DNA of 63,761 bases from an uncultured Eubacteriales bacterium (lineage in GTDB: Bacteria; Bacillota; Clostridia; Oscillospirales; CAG-382): the NCBI GenBank assembly GCA_934446095.1, contig CAKSDR010000002.1, positions 1 through 63,761 of the forward strand, written 5' to 3'. The first letter of the stretch is position 1, and each line of letters starts with the position of its first letter. The translations under genes were made by a program, and so were the position numbers. This document shows positions 62,641 to 63,761 of this stretch, piece by piece. Under the pieces are notes generated by a model. The model did no database searches and was not told the DNA's origin. It was given only the letters and a program-made list of their open reading frames with translations.

Positions 62641-63423
62641 ATGAATTGCATGCTTTACGGGACAATATCGATACTTGCGGCAATGGAATCCAAAAGCCGC
62701 GATATAAAACTTGTATATATAAGCGCTGACAAAATAAAAAAAAGGGATAGAAAAACGCTTTCGTTTTTAAAAAAAGTAAAAGAAAATAATATTCCTTTTG
62801 AAATTTGCGAAAAAGAAGCAATAGACGCCATTCTTGCCGAAACCGATGAAAATGCCGGAACGACACACGGCGGTATTGTCGCACTTTGCGGCGAAAGAAA
62901 ATATTCAAACCTTGATGATTTGCTGCATAAAACCGCAGAACAAGGAGGTTTCTGCGTTGTGCTTGACGGAGTGGAAGATCCTTATAATTTCGGATATTCC
63001 GTAAGAAATCTCCATGCCGCGGGAGCATGCGGAATTATTGTTCCGGAAAGAAACTGGACGAGCGCTGCTGGGGTATGCGCAAGAACTTCTGCTGGAGCTA
63101 CGGAAATGTGTGATATTGCGGTTTTGCCGGATATGAATACAAAGAAGGAATATGAGGAATTTGTTTTAAAACTAAAAAAAATCGGATATACTGTGGTGTG
63201 TGCGGCGAAAACCGCCGAATGTAAAGATTTGTTCAATTATGAAGCGCAGTTTCCGGCAATAATTTTTATAGGCGGAGAAAAAAGAGGCATTTCTCCGGAA
63301 TTTATAAATCTTGCGGACGATATTGTTTTTATAAGATATTTTAACGATGTTTCATATTCTCTGCCAACTGCATCTGTTGCGGGGATTTTGGGCTTTTATT
63401 TCGGAAAACAGGCTGAAAATTAA
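62641..63423 (+). CDS. SpoU/TrmH-family RNA 2'-O-methyltransferase (RlmB-like)
   Basis: VLDGVEDPYNFGYSVRN, IFIGGEKRGIS and SLPTASVAGI motifs of the SPOUT fold. Start ATG 62641 has RBS AAGGAA; the ORF track starts at 62620, inside the MORN gene. Confidence 0.8.
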   Translation: MNCMLYGTISILAAMESKSRDIKLVYISADKIKKRDRKTLSFLKKVKENNIPFEICEKEAIDAILAETDENAGTTHGGIVALCGERKYSNLDDLLHKTAEQGGFCVVLDGVEDPYNFGYSVRNLHAAGACGIIVPERNWTSAAGVCARTSAGATEMCDIAVLPDMNTKKEYEEFVLKLKKIGYTVVCAAKTAECKDLFNYEAQFPAIIFIGGEKRGISPEFINLADDIVFIRYFNDVSYSLPTASVAGILGFYFGKQAEN

Positions 63424-63440
63424 ATATTTTAAAAATGTAT

Positions 63441-63485
63441 AAAACCCGCGGCGGCAGATTTTGTATCTGCCGCCGCGGGTTTTTC
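63441..63485. terminator. Strong bidirectional intrinsic terminator
   Basis: 16-bp GC-rich stem ACCCGCGGCGGCAGAT / ATCTGCCGCCGCGGGT, loop TTTGT. Flanked by AAAA and TTTT. Confidence 0.85.
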
Positions 63486-63536
63486 AACGCAAAGACTATA
63501 AAATAGTTTTTGATTCGTTTCTATGCGCTGCCGATA

Positions 63537-63761
63537 TCAGGTTAGTGTTTCGCTGCTGTTCAAAATGTGCGTGCTGTACAGAAAAAGCACGTCCTGACCG
63601 TTAAACGAAATAAACTTGTCGAGGTAATCGCTTCTTAAGTATCTGATATCAACAAGGGTTATTTTTGAATAACCCTCGGCAAGAAGGGGAGCGATGCTGC
63701 TGCCGAAGGAATCTCTGAAAATAATCAGTTCCCTGCCGGGTATGCTTTGCGGATTTACTAT
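63537..63761 (-). CDS. C-terminal 74 aa of a DHHW/SGNH-like protein (usual partner of MBOAT acyltransferases); the 5' end lies beyond the window
   Basis: Not in the ORF track because it has no Met. The minus-strand frame is open from the window edge to TGA at 63537-63539. It reads IVNPQSIPGRELIIFRDSFGSSIAPLLAEGYSKITLVDIRYL...DVLFLYS, which resembles DHHW-family C-termini. Confidence 0.5.
   Translation of the reverse strand: MVNPQSIPGRELIIFRDSFGSSIAPLLAEGYSKITLVDIRYLRSDYLDKFISFNGQDVLFLYSTHILNSSETLT

Noticed and set aside
1-63761. CRISPR arrays, tandem DNA repeats, insertion sequences, prophage genes, toxin-antitoxin pairs or defence systems.
   Set aside because: I saw no repeat-spacer periodicity and no transposase, integrase, recombinase or phage structural motifs in any ORF. 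No mazEF pair follows alr. The only repeats found are short inverted repeats in promoter and terminator regions, plus protein-level repeats (MORN, PG-binding, SLH, adaptor duplication).

Overview
This 63.8-kb window is low-GC chromosomal DNA from an endospore-forming Firmicute, probably class Clostridia; that taxonomic call is inferred from gene content only. It is almost entirely core housekeeping and sporulation genes. I found no transposase, integrase, phage, CRISPR or recognisable defence genes. Main blocks, left to right: scpA(partial)-scpB-rpiB; trmB; a cis/trans prenyltransferase pair; a SleB-type hydrolase; an ABC-DUF1854-ABC exporter operon; nnr-lipoprotein-alr; and one long minus-strand gene string, ruvC-ruvA-ruvB-parC-like-yybS-like-gdpP-rplI-dnaB-tilS-ftsH. 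These are followed by trmK-nif3-rqcH; two SLH-domain wall proteins; an orphan OppA-like binding protein; rsmA; and an EF-G paralog. Next come spoIIGA-sigE-sigG, divergent from a SleC-like gene plus the complete spoIIIAA-AH operon; a lone tRNA-Gln(CUG); a MacAB-type pump operon; maf; a lone spoVAC; an MBOAT acyltransferase; and a parB-led four-gene operon. Several ORF-track starts were moved using Shine-Dalgarno and promoter positions. No single locus is clearly a novel system. The best candidates for a second look are three. (1) The ABC exporter operon, whose two half-transporters carry related N-terminal cytoplasmic domains and flank a DUF1854-like protein. (2) The MacAB-like operon, with an internally duplicated membrane-fusion adaptor and a co-transcribed SLH-anchored repeat protein. 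(3) The parB operon, which lacks parA and carries a membrane protein, a MORN-repeat protein and a SpoU-type methyltransferase. All family calls come from motif recognition by eye, with no database search.
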